DNA of 63,995 nucleotides, counting the filler, from Hausera hauseri (lineage: Eukaryota): the NCBI GenBank assembly GCA_046269625.1. It is 12 parts of 12 records of this genome, joined end to end, with 100 filler letters (N's around TTAATTAATTAA, not from the genome) between each part and the next. Parts side by side here need not be neighbours in the genome. Positions count along the whole stretch, not along the records: positions 39,374 to 43,622 come from JBJURY010677217.1; positions 43,723 to 49,131 come from JBJURY010260732.1; positions 49,232 to 54,495 come from JBJURY010295390.1; 9 more parts are not named here. One strand, 5' to 3'. Position 1 is the stretch's first letter, and each line of letters opens with the position of its first letter. Below the pieces are notes generated by a model. It was not told the origin of the DNA and did not search any database. It saw only the letters and a list, made by a program, of their open reading frames with translations. Shown here in pieces: positions 39,374 to 50,713 of the stretch. A program made the position numbers and the translations under genes.

Positions 39374-40058
39374 AAGTAGGAGTCATATCGCCCCAACCTT
39401 ACTAGATGTCGTATGAAGCGGCTCCGCTGCAATAGCTCCCGTACCGTCAGAAAGTTCGAGTAAGACCGGTACGGGGCTCGCTTGTCGGTGTTGCGGCGTC
39501 GTTTTCCACGGGAGACGGCGTCTCGCCGGGTCGGGCATGGCTGCTCTGGCTCGAAGGTTGAAACTGGACTGTTACCCGGGCCCCGTGTTCTCGGAAGTTC
39601 TGGTATGGACCGTTTAGGTATCCGGTATCCTGATGTAAAATTAATGACTTTGTTGACTCTCGGTTTCGAAGTGATTGCCGTACCTTGTTTCCGAGTGATA
39701 GGTTCACCGATTTTCGGTTTGACGGGGGCGGCATAGACTTAATTGACTTCTCCGTCGTTCGATCCTTTCCAATTGTATTAAACGTTTCCGACATTAATGT
39801 AGAGATGTTTTTATATAATTCTGATCGTTTTTAAACTGTGCATTCAAACAAATGGATTTGAATCCACAGATTTTGATTGTTAGTTTTTTATTTATTACAA
39901 GTGATGGTTAATTCTGCACTTGTGATCCCGATTTTTAATTTTTCTATAAAGTATTTTTGTATGTTAGAAAATTTGATTTTGGTATACATTATTTGACAGA
40001 ATCCGTGATATTAAATTGTGATTTTAAATTTCATGTTATTGTAAGTTGGGACCTTACA
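39374..40058 (-). mobile_element. LTR-like end (TGTAAGG...) carrying the start of a conserved ORF; homologue of 49232-50695
   Basis: Same terminus, same three hairpins and peptide SGYRIPKRS...RAPYRSYSNFLTVRELLQRSRFIRHLV (frameshifted relative to annotated ORF 39447-39794). Confidence 0.75.
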
Positions 40059-40175
40059 ACTACTATAAGATAATTCATATCGTCCATCTTCATATTAATT
40101 CTATATGCCCCTCATATTTGCATTAATGTTTTTATATGTTGGTTTGCAAAGCCTCAACACAACCAACATATAAAT

Positions 40176-40192
40176 TGGTGCCCCGAATGAGG
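40176..40192 (+). promoter_or_regulatory. Primer-binding site, elongator tRNA-Met-like
   Basis: ...caaca tataaat TGGTGCCCCGAATGAGG versus expected TGGTGCCCCGTGTGAGG. Confidence 0.65.
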
Positions 40193-40402
40193 AAATTACT
40201 TATCTCACCTGGGAATATAACTGTGATTTTGTTAATAAGAGAGATATTAAATAAGTTAAAGTAGAAAATTATAAATTTATAAATAACAGATGATAAAACT
40301 ACCTATAATAACTTCAAAGTCGATAAATGTTAATTCTTGGAATAATAGCGTTACTAGAATTGCCCAAGTTTAACCTTGAATAACCCTGCATAATTAATAT
40401 TA

Positions 40403-40588
40403 ATGAGAATATTCGTAGATACCAAATGCAGTCCCGAAAAATGCAAGATCTGCTTTAATTCGTTGGGAAGGAAATATGTCCTATTCTGATGCATACATAT
40501 TATGTGCATCAGTTGTGAAGATCAATTGCTCAGGAGAAACCAATCCTGCGCCTTTTGTCGAAGGAAGATGACGAGTTATCAATGTTGA
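40403..40588 (+). pseudogene. RING finger (C3HC4) mini-ORF, one internal stop
   Basis: MRIFVDTKCSPEKCKICFNSLGRKYVLF*CIHIMCISCEDQLLRRNQSCAFCRRK. Confidence 0.75.
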
Positions 40589-40964
40589 GAAACTACTTGG
40601 GTAGTACTGTCTGATGATGACGACAATCAGGAACAGAATGAAATAATATTGGTGGGTGAAAACGGCATGTTGCTTGGATTACCCTGACTTATCCGATCAT
40701 GTTAATATATTTGAAATATACAGTGTTTTATTGATCTGTTGGAAAGATAATAGATAATAATAAGATTGGAATTAATTGTAGTTCACCATCTTAATTATAA
40801 TGGAATGAAAGTCGGATAATATTAGTACAGTCCGGATACCTTACTAGCAAAGTGTTTAATTCAAAGGGATGACTGATGAACCTATCAAGGGATCAAAGAT
40901 ACGCCCAATATGCGGATGCAGCATTAAATGGAAGAAAGAAATTCCAAAACTGATGTGAGGAAAC

Positions 40965-41589
40965 GTTATTTTATTGCGACAATTGTTTCAAACTAATAGG
41001 AACAGAATCAATAAACACGATTGAAGGACAGATTTTATGCCCATTGTGCACACTAACTGACGAGGATATAGAGAGGTAGAAAGAATGAACGAGACGACAA
41101 ATGTTAATTAGAGTAAATAAAAGAATACCAAAGAAAATATAAATATTACACAATATCGAAATATTAAATAAATACTGAAGAACGTATTGAATAATACATG
41201 TTTTGTTTAAAAGATCGATGGGGCGATCAAAAAGGCTGAATGAATGGGAAATAGATATATCCAAGTGATTTAGAGAACATAAATACCGTAAAGATAAAAT
41301 ACAATAATGCCAAAATAATACGCTAATTAAAATATTTTTTATAATCTGTTCATTATGTCAGAAATATACAGCAGCAACGGAAGTGGGGCAGAAACAATGC
41401 CCTGTATGCAAATTAATAGCAAAATTGGACACGAACAGGGACCAGTTCGAATGTGGCTACTGCGGAGAGATAATCAGGTTGGACATTGCTACCATAAATG
41501 AGAACTATCTACTCTTTTGCCCAATTTGTGCGTTAACTCCCGCAGACCTTGAAGAACTAGATATATTGTTTGAATTAAATGAATTATGA
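40965..41589 (+). pseudogene. Two paralogous C4 zinc-finger modules
   Basis: FYCDNCFKLI...ILCPLCTLTDEDIE (about 40968-41075) and FECGYCGEII...LFCPICALTPADLEE (ORF 41383-41589). Confidence 0.65.
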
Positions 41590-41712
41590 TAGAACGTGTA
41601 ACATTTAATAAATGTCTAAAGTATAATCACTGAAGTAGAGTTGTTAGTTGGTGTATAAAAATATTATAGAACTACTCCACTAATAAGGCAACTAAATACT
41701 TATATTTTACAG

Positions 41713-41975
41713 ATGCTTGCCACATCTGCTTGGAAGATTTGACAGTGGAGCGAACGACTTTGCCATGCAAACACCACTGTTGCCAACTCTGTATATTTAC
41801 GTGTCTATCAGAACAAACTGCTTGTCCATGTTGTAGAATAACATGCGCCCTTTGTTTAATATGCCTTAATTTGGTGGCGTTACCCTAGCAATACTCCCCT
41901 GTCGACATGCCTTTACCAAGATTCCATAATTAAGCACTTAGAAATCAATCAGTTTTGTCCTTCACGCTACAAATA
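41713..41975 (+). pseudogene. Tandem pair of RING fingers
   Basis: CHICLEDLTVERTTLPCKHHCCQLCIFTCLSEQTACPCCR, then frameshifted CLICLN...ILPCRHAF.QDSIIKHLEINQFCP; preceded by acceptor-like ttttacAG. Confidence 0.75.
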
Positions 41976-42347
41976 CGCGAATTTTTATTTTCTGGTAGAA
42001 CTGATTATTTACGTGGATACCGAAAACCGAGCGTCAATAAGCCTCATAATAGATGAAGACGAGGACGAATCGCCGGACAAATGGAGAAACCCCAGGCTAT
42101 TCATGATTACTGGCTTATAAATAAGGAGATTTTTCTGTATAACCAATTATTGTATATCTAAATTGTCAATAAAAATTAATAAAGTCGCCTTGCTCTTGAA
42201 AGGATTTAATGTCGATTTTGTTAAGATTTTCCTTGCCTATTATGCAGAAGGCATACCTTATCATATGGATTTCAAGTCCGTTTCCACTCCCGTCAAATCA
42301 CCTACTCAACCTATAACCCACAAGGAGCATTCGCACCCATCGGAACA

Positions 42348-42529
42348 CCTTGTGCAATCTGCTTGAACCCCTATTCAATGGATCCTGTGGAACGGACCAC
42401 CTGTAAACATAAATTTTGCCGATCTTGCTTAAAAGAGTGGTTCCTAACATCAACTTCCTGTCCGTTATGTCGAGCGTACAATAGGCTATTTCGAAGTGGA
42501 AATGAATACTTTACTATTCGAAAATTATA
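42348..42529 (+). pseudogene. RING finger (C3HC4)
   Basis: PCAICLNPYSMDPVERTTCKHKFCRSCLKEWFLTSTSCPLCRAY. Confidence 0.85.
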
Positions 42530-42766
42530 AATACAATGTTATTTTTAGAAGTTGTTTAATTACACGGGAGGAGGCACATAAGGGTGTAAAATAATTACTT
42601 AGTTGGTCGAAAACCTACGACAATATTTAGAGTTGTTTGTCAATAGAATAATTTATTAAACATCAAAGTTAAAACCAGTTTCGTTTTAGTCCAAATGCAA
42701 ATGATCAAATGCACTGAATATGAAACACCAAGACTATATGCATGTTAGGAATTATCCCAATCAAAC

Positions 42767-43477
42767 ATGATAGGGTACTTACGATATTATAGAAATAGGC
42801 AAAATGGACCAGCTGCATTTATCAGAAGAACAATAGATTATACCAAGATGAAAGTAGTTGACGACTCAACGAGAGATACCCAGACGAGGAAAATATTATT
42901 CTTGAGCCATCCGAATGTATCCGTTCCGGGAGAGTTAGCCCAGTTGTATGCGAACACCGAATTATTTCGAAAATTAGCTAGACAAATAAAATGCCTGTAT
43001 TGCCAAGGAGACTTCCTTTATGAGTCTACGAAAGATCAACCAAAAAGGACTCATAAGAATTTATCCCACCTGCCCTTATCTATTAACACTAATGTTAATA
43101 ACATGCAATTAACAGATAATTTTTCTAAACCGGATATAGACAAAGACATCGAATATGGCACGACAATACCAGTGCGAATGATTTATTCAACGGATAATAC
43201 AGTAGAAGAAAACTTATACCTAATTTCAAATACAGTCCATAAAAGAAAGTCAACCTTTAAAGGAAACAAAAATATTGAACATTTACCTAAACAAGGACTA
43301 ACACTAATTTCAAGAGATCAGTATGTAAAATGTACGATATACTTAAAAGAAACCTGTTTACTGGAAAATATCGAAAATAGATGCACAAATATACTGCATA
43401 CCATCAAATGCAATTATTCAATATATAAAATCCCCGAAGACACATTAAAAAACGATGCCGAATACAATCTTATATAG
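42767..43477 (+). CDS. Unidentified 236-aa ORF downstream of the RING cluster
   Basis: Open frame in AT-rich DNA, codon style like the retroelement ORFs; no motif recognised. Confidence 0.4.
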   Translation: MIGYLRYYRNRQNGPAAFIRRTIDYTKMKVVDDSTRDTQTRKILFLSHPNVSVPGELAQLYANTELFRKLARQIKCLYCQGDFLYESTKDQPKRTHKNLSHLPLSINTNVNNMQLTDNFSKPDIDKDIEYGTTIPVRMIYSTDNTVEENLYLISNTVHKRKSTFKGNKNIEHLPKQGLTLISRDQYVKCTIYLKETCLLENIENRCTNILHTIKCNYSIYKIPEDTLKNDAEYNLI

Positions 43478-44192
43478 GAAACCTTTGCGAAAGTTATCAA
43501 GAAAGTCCAGTAGCCGTATCAACAATAGCCCGACATCCTACAAAGCGCGAAAATGTTCAATATATCAAACACCAAAGAGATCCAACAAGATTGGTCTCCA
43601 AGTACATTCGAACTACTTCAGANNNNNNNNNNNNNNNNNNNNNNNNNNNNNNNNNNNNNNNNNNNNTTAATTAATTAANNNNNNNNNNNNNNNNNNNNNN
43701 NNNNNNNNNNNNNNNNNNNNNNAAGCCGTCACAGCACTAAAAGGACGTGCGAACAATCCAACGTGCCGACTAAATATACGGATCGAGGAAATTTCACGAT
43801 AAAATATTGAATTTCAATATAAACATGGTAATAAACATGACGCTGACGTACTATCAAGGTTAAAAACAAGGACAAGTGCAATAACAACCATGAAGAAAAC
43901 TCAACTTGAAGAAATAATGGACCGACAACGAGCATTGGCATTGGATAAAGCAATCAAAATTTCAACTGAACAAAAGAAAGATAAGGATATAAAACAAATT
44001 ACAGAGTTTGTGGAAAATGACAACGCCAAAAAAATCACCAACTACGAAAACATTTACAAAGACACGGTCATAAGTATTGTGTAACAGGAGACAAAAGCCA
44101 TGAAGACGTGCTATACTATGAACGAAAGGGACGCAAATTAGTAGTCATACCAAAGGGATTACTCACAGAGGTACTAATAGCCGAACACGATT

Positions 44193-46863
44193 TGTACTTG
44201 GCCGTGTTGAAGAACGTATGTAAGATAAAATTCCATATTATTTTCAATTTCATTTATCCTATACCAACATATAAATATCTGAAGGTGTCAGTTCGATGGC
44301 GGTTCGATTACAGAAGTAATCTGCGTCTTTACTTAAATAGAGTTATCTCATAAATGTTTCCTCCTTAATTTCTCAAAATCTTGTCATGCTTCTACGATAT
44401 TTTCTTTTCTTTATTCTATTTCATCACTGTATGTATGTCAATAATTTTCTGAACATACCTACATACAAATAACAGTATGAGTATTTGGTTAATGGTATAT
44501 GAATATTTGTACAATAAACCTTCCTTCTTTTCTCTTTTTTTATTTATACTAAAATCCTTCAATTCATTTATATTTAAGCCTTTAATATTTAATTGAATTT
44601 ATCATATCCACGGTTCATTCAAATTCTTTAATATTGCTAATTTCATCTCTCTACATCTATTATCTGAGGAGTCTAAAACTTATTTACCCAGATGAGAACA
44701 TTTAACATCCACTGAGACGTCAGATTCGTAACTTACACCTCACATGTCGCTCCTTCTTTTTATATACGTCCCAAACACAACCTATTTTGTTGATAATTAA
44801 TTAAATTTTTATTCTCCTTCTATGTTCTTGATAACAACATTTTATATTGTTTTAAGACTCCACAGTGATACAATCGTCATTATTCTACTACCCTTTAGGT
44901 CGTACAACCTCTAATACTAGTCAATGAATGATTTATCAATTTCAAACTTGAGCTTTCCTTACTCGCTATTTTCATCGTATTTGCCTGTGTATAAATATAT
45001 ACATATCATTTTTTAATGAATACATACTTTATTCTATATATAACAATTCATACAACCAATATAATCAACAATATCTATGCAAATTCTACAATAAAAAATG
45101 TAATACTTTCATAACTCAATTATTCACTTTTCTGCTACCTTGATTATTCCCATTTCCTGCCATACTACTTCAGAATCTTCCAGTGTTCCAACTTACTGAG
45201 CTGACCTCGATTAATATAGAAACCAACATCGATTCGAATTCATCAAAAATCAACATCAATTAATATCTATCTGGAATCATGAGAAGCGTTTCGGCCTTCT
45301 GGTTTATTAGTCATTAATTTGGTCATCCATAGCACATCATGTCTTTTGTTCCACATCCGTAAACATTTATTCATCGAATAATTGGTGATCATTATTGACT
45401 CTGAAACTATATTGGCTACATACTTCATTATAAAACAGAGAAACTCCTGTTCGTACATACATATAATTTCATATTAAAATCATTTATTAAATGACAAAGA
45501 CTATACATCAATAACAATAATCATTACGATAAATATATTTGAATACTCAATTAACCATTATATTACCATTAAACTCATCATTGATGGAAACGGATATGCT
45601 TTCTCCTCAAGTACTCATTTCGTAATTCCTGTTTTCTGTATCAATTCGTCGTTACAATTTAATGGAAGTCTCCCTTCTGTTAATATAAATAACAAAATCT
45701 TCGCTATTAAGTACCTACTCTGTATGGACCTTCTTCTGGATTATAATTAATAATGCTGAGTTATGCGAAGTATTCGATGCAATTAAGATCTCAAAATTAC
45801 TTTAGTTGTCACTACAAAATTAGAATAATATACGCTGGCAAAGATTCATATACTCACCAAGCTATGTATTCTAAATACTGAGAACGGTATCTCAACAATT
45901 TACAAATTATTGTATGATAAAACTTTTTTGTGTGTTTTATGTTTGGTGTTCTTGCTTATATAGTGATCATAACCACTTCATAATTAGTTGTCAATATTCA
46001 AATTTGATTTATCATTCATAACTATAATTTTCTAAATTAGCCGTTACTCACTTCTTTTAACTATTCATATTTAGTCATAAGATGTATCAATTTTCTAAAT
46101 AGGTTCTTGTTAATCTTCAAATTCAAAAAATACCTAGCAGCTACTGAACCATTAATTGTTCAAGATAATTGTTAACCTTTAATATGATATTAAACTTAAA
46201 ATCAAAATGTTTTTCAAATATTCATTTCATTTATCACTCTCCTTTGGTCCCATGGTAATCATGGTCAAAATCGCTCTTTTCCATATTCAACTATTTATCG
46301 TTTATTACACCTCTTGGTTAACAAACAACCTCATAAGTGTCAGTTATAAAAAGGTGTGGCCAATCACATAGGCTTAACATAGTAATGAAAAGAAAGATTA
46401 AAAGTTCAAAATAAAAGAATGTATTTACAGTATTCCATAAAAATATTTATATTTCAAATTGTCACATTGTTCAGTAGGCATTAAAGAAATAAAATGTTCA
46501 ATATTCAAATCAAAATGTTCAATTTTGTTGAATCTCAACAAAAATCAGAATGTTCAACGTTCACATTTCTGAATCATCAAAAGATGGTTGTTAAGCTGGT
46601 TGTTTGGTTGTTAAGCTGGTTGTTGGCTGGTTGTTTGGTTGTTAAAGAGTTGTTTGGTTGTTAAGCTGGTTGTTTGGTTTGGTTGTTAAGCTAATTGTTT
46701 GGTTGTTAAGCTAATTGTTTGGTTTGGTTGTTTGGTTGTTTGATTGTTAAGCTGGTTGTTTGGTTTGGTTGTTTGGTTGTTAAGGAGTTGTTTGGTTGTT
46801 AAGCTGGTTTTTTGGTTTGGTTGTTTGGTTGTTTGGTTGCTAAGGATCCTCAACAGCCGGGCA
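44193..46863. mobile_element. About 2.7-kb AT-rich insertion splitting the integrase HHCC motif, with imperfect inverted termini
   Basis: Left TGTACTTGGCCGTGTTGAAG; right (rc) TGCCCGGCTGTTGAGG; related terminus CTTCAACAGCCGGTACA at 30268-30284. Confidence 0.6.
46585..46840. repeat. Compound tandem repeat (GGTTGTTT / GGTTGTTAAGCT / GGTTT units)
   Basis: Direct inspection. Confidence 0.9.
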
Positions 46864-49231
46864 TATGTTTTGGAAGAAGACATTAGAAAGAATATTAAAT
46901 ACATATTACTGGCCCAGCGTATACATCGATATGAAAAACTGGGTAAGCGCTTGTGAAGTATGCGCTACCAAACAGCAAAAAGTTACATTGCTGACCTAAA
47001 TCCAATAAATGTACCGGAAAGACCAACACAAGCAATGCCCATGGATATCGTAGGACCTTTACCTACAACTCACAAAAGTAACAAATACATCCTGATGCGT
47101 ATAGACCTATTAACCCACTTCGTCGAATTAATGGCATTAGTGGATCAAAAAGCCCAAACCATGGCAAAAGCCGTAGTAAGGAAGATTATCTGTAGATGTG
47201 GACCTCCCGAACAGATTTTAACGAACTGAAGAAGAAACTTTACGAGTGAATTATTAGATAAAATTACCAATATATTTGAAATTTAACGATTAGACACAAC
47301 AGCTTATCACCCCAATGTAATGGAATGGTCGAACGCATGAACGCGACAGTTATACAAATCTTGTCGACAGTAGTCGCAAAATACCAGAAGGATTGGCATG
47401 AATTTCTAGGAGGTACACAATTTGCTATCAATACTACACCACATCTTGCGACCGGATTTAGTCCATTTTTTATAATGTACGGTAGAGAAGCCATACTACC
47501 AACAGACCTAGGGATGATACCGTATACGACAAAAACAGAAGACTTAAATCAAAATTTTGTCGAAGTGTTACAAACGAGATTCCGGAAGTGTTGGGAAGTA
47601 GAAAAAAAATTGTCTCAAGAGTATCAAAAACAATTTAAGAAACAATAGGACAGGAAGACTAAACCACATAATTTAGAACAAAGAAATTTGGTTTATGTAC
47701 ATTACCCAGTAGTCAAGAAAGGTACATCTTTGAAGCTCACTCAAACTAGAAGAAAACCTTATCAGTTATCAGAACCACGCCGACCACGATTTATATTAAC
47801 GAAAATGGCAAGGAAGAAGTCGTTTCAATAAAAAGAGTGGTTAAAACAGGAATAAAACGAAATAAACGCTATAACTTACGTTCAAGTAAAGAAAATCCAG
47901 GTCAAAGAAAGAAAGAAAAGAAAGCGTCATCTATAGTAACCCGGCCAATATTGTATGCACAGATAATCATTGCACTATTGCTAATAACTTCATATATGCC
48001 AAAGGTAAAGACAATGGATAATGGATATAGTAAACGATATCCACGGAGTTGTGCCATATTTTCCAACTGAAAAAGATCAACATGCAGAAAGGCGAAAATA
48101 TATAGAATTTACAGTCGATTATAGTCCACAATATGGATTGGAACAAACCATGCGCCTGGTTTAAGGCAACTGAATCCCTTAAAAACCACATGAAATTTCA
48201 AATAATATTTGTAGATCAAGTCAATACTGCAATGAGGACATGTAATTTTCCGTATCGAGCCTATCAAAAATGTTGCAAATTAGAATTCGGACGAACATAT
48301 AAATATAATTTAAAATGTTCTATTGTAATATGACCGGAGCTCAGGCCTACATAAACACCGAAATAAAAATGCCTCAGAGTAACGATGCAAATGAAGCTAA
48401 GACGGACGATATAGACCGGAATACCGATCCGTTTAAGAGACTTCTAGATTACAACATTACTGGATTCTCTAAAGACGTTAAAAAATGATGCTTTCAAATT
48501 AAGATCAAAATCGAGTTGCCAGTAGACAGACAAATTTCCATTCGATTCGTACCATCAAATTCATCGACACTCTCAGCGAAATATTGCTATACTGCACAGA
48601 AACGGAACAATCCATGTTGTGAATTGCCACTGGTATACGAGTTCCAGGTACATTTCGATCTGTATAATACTTACCCAAACGACCCAAGCACCTGTTTAAG
48701 AGGATATCGTCCAAAAGTCGGAATATGGGAAATTTCGTTCTCAAAAACCACGAGAAAACCATCGACCACACCAACCACAACTATTACTACTAATATTGCG
48801 ACCTCGAGCAAAATGCCCGAGAGAGAATTAGAAAATATACCTATTAAATTTTTGGTACGGCATAATAAAATGGTATTTTACGTTAAAGAAACTTTGGGCT
48901 ACGAAGTTAAAATTGAGTGCCGCACTTTGCATGCCAACCAAATTGTAATCTTAAGAAAGAATAGTCAGGAAATTGAATGCTAATCCCTACAATCACTGAA
49001 TGACTATATAATTCAAATTACTGCAGATGGTAAGAGACATAAAACTTTTACAGTACGAACTCTAAACAACAAAGTTCAAGAAATGCAATATAAGGGTACT
49101 AGTACTCAAAATGCGATTACCACGAAAAATTNNNNNNNNNNNNNNNNNNNNNNNNNNNNNNNNNNNNNNNNNNNNTTAATTAATTAANNNNNNNNNNNNN
49201 NNNNNNNNNNNNNNNNNNNNNNNNNNNNNNN

Positions 49232-50695
49232 GTAGTGATTTTCTGATTGACAGCCGTGCTGGAAGTGTTCTCAGCGGAAATTGTGTGATCACGTTTAGTG
49301 ATGTGAGTATTTGGGGCCGGATTATTGTCGACGGCACTAGTGATTGTATGCACCGGATGAATATCTATGGTTCTGTCCGAAAGGGACGTGTGTGCGGTAA
49401 CCGCTGCCACCATTTTAGTAAATCTATTCTTTACCAAAAAATAACACGTGAACAAGACAAGAAATAAACAAAATAAATAATGTTTGGAAAGTTTATTTAT
49501 GTCCATAGGTTCATCCAGGGAAATGTACGATTCGTCCGTGTCCGTGGAAGATAAAGCCGGGTCGTTTCTGGAACCGTGTCGGAAATCTGTCGGAGCATCG
49601 TCCGAGCCGGAATCGGTTGGTACTGTTCTTGTCATCTGTCGTCGGCGACGACGACACGGTATTGGCGAGTCCTGCGAGCTTGCGATCCCCCGACGTTTCG
49701 GGATTAGCCGACTCTCGGAGGGAGCCAATGACTCGTACAGTCGGTCGGTTGCTGTCATCAACCGCAGGAATATAGGGAGGAAGACCGCCGAGTCAAATAG
49801 ACGACGGTTGCCTCCATCCTGGTAGAACCGGTTGAGCAGGTTGGCTGGAAGAGAGTAAGGATCGTCTCTTTCCAGGCTGACCAGGTGCTTTATGAAGCGA
49901 CTCCTTTGAAGGAGTTCCCGTACCGTCAAGAAGTCCGAATAGGACCGATACGGGGTTCGCTTGTGAGTCTGTCGAGGTTTGCTGACTAAAGCAGCGTGTC
50001 TCTCGTTTGGGCAGGACTGTTCCTGACCGGTGGGAGTACTTGGAATGCTATCTTGGTTCGGTATTCCCGTCGGTTTCGACCGTTTAGGGATACGGTATCC
50101 TGATGGCAAGTTGGTCATCCCATTGATTTCGGTTGTGGAAGTGACTGGAGTGCCTAGCTTCGGCGTTATCGGTTTGTCGGTTTTCGGTTTGGTCGATTCA
50201 CAACGGTTGTTTACAGCATCGGATAGTGCGGCTGTGTTGTTTTTCCGGACTATGGGTTCTCCGGGTTTCGCTATAACTGCAACGTGGTTCCTTCTTTGGG
50301 TTCCTGTCATCGCCTTCATGTTCTTGGTATCGTGACTTGGTACGGACATCGTTCGCTTATTTTTATTCACTGCGTTTTCTTTTTTTTTGAATTATTCTGT
50401 TCAATCTCTGAACTGTGGATTCAAACAAAAGATTAAATCCACAGATCTTGATTGTTTTTTTATTTGTTACAAGTGCTGGTCGCTTCAGCACTTGTAATCA
50501 TGATTTTATTTTTTCTATTTGTATTTTTGTATTTGGGATTTTTAAATTTTTTGTAGTTTCGTGGGTTTTATTAATTTGAACATGAATCCGTGATTTTAGC
50601 TTTTGTTTGCTGTTGGTTATATTTTTAAATTTTAAGATTGGGATTTTTAATGTAGGCGAATTAAGTTTGGTATTTTTGTAAGGTGGAACCTTACA
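49232..50695 (-). mobile_element. Long LTR-like sequence containing an ORF of at least 380 codons (50370 to contig end)
   Basis: Minus strand purine tract then TGTAAGG; ORF with basic/disordered N-part, conserved RTPYRSYSDFLTVRELLQRSRFIKHLV core and hydrophobic YLFCLFLVLFTCYFLV; homologue at 39374-40058. Confidence 0.7.
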
Positions 50696-50696
50696 A

Positions 50697-50713
50697 GGCT
50701 CCCCCGCCTGAAA
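50697..50713 (-). promoter_or_regulatory. Polypurine tract (PPT)
   Basis: tttcAGGCGGGGGAGcc-t-TGTAAGG on the minus strand, ending where homology with the other copy begins. Confidence 0.6.

Larger units (their letters stand above)
43723..49131 (+). mobile_element. Decayed Gypsy 3' half: RNase H end, integrase (split by an insertion), downstream Cys-rich secreted-type ORF
   Basis: DADVLSR; IAEHD | GH..KKTLERI..TYYWP...CEVC; MDIVGPLP, TTAYHPQCNGMVERMN, GFSPFFIMYGRE; RYNLR; hydrophobic ILYAQIIIALLLITSY, then Cys-rich and Thr-rich segments. Confidence 0.85.

Noticed and set aside
46585-46840. Telomere-like G/T repeat
   Set aside because: Irregular compound units inside an insertion; not a canonical telomeric unit.
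39374-49131. RING cluster plus the following RNase H-integrase contig read as one element
   Set aside because: A linker at 43623-43722 separates them; adjacency is artificial, so linkage is only a hypothesis.
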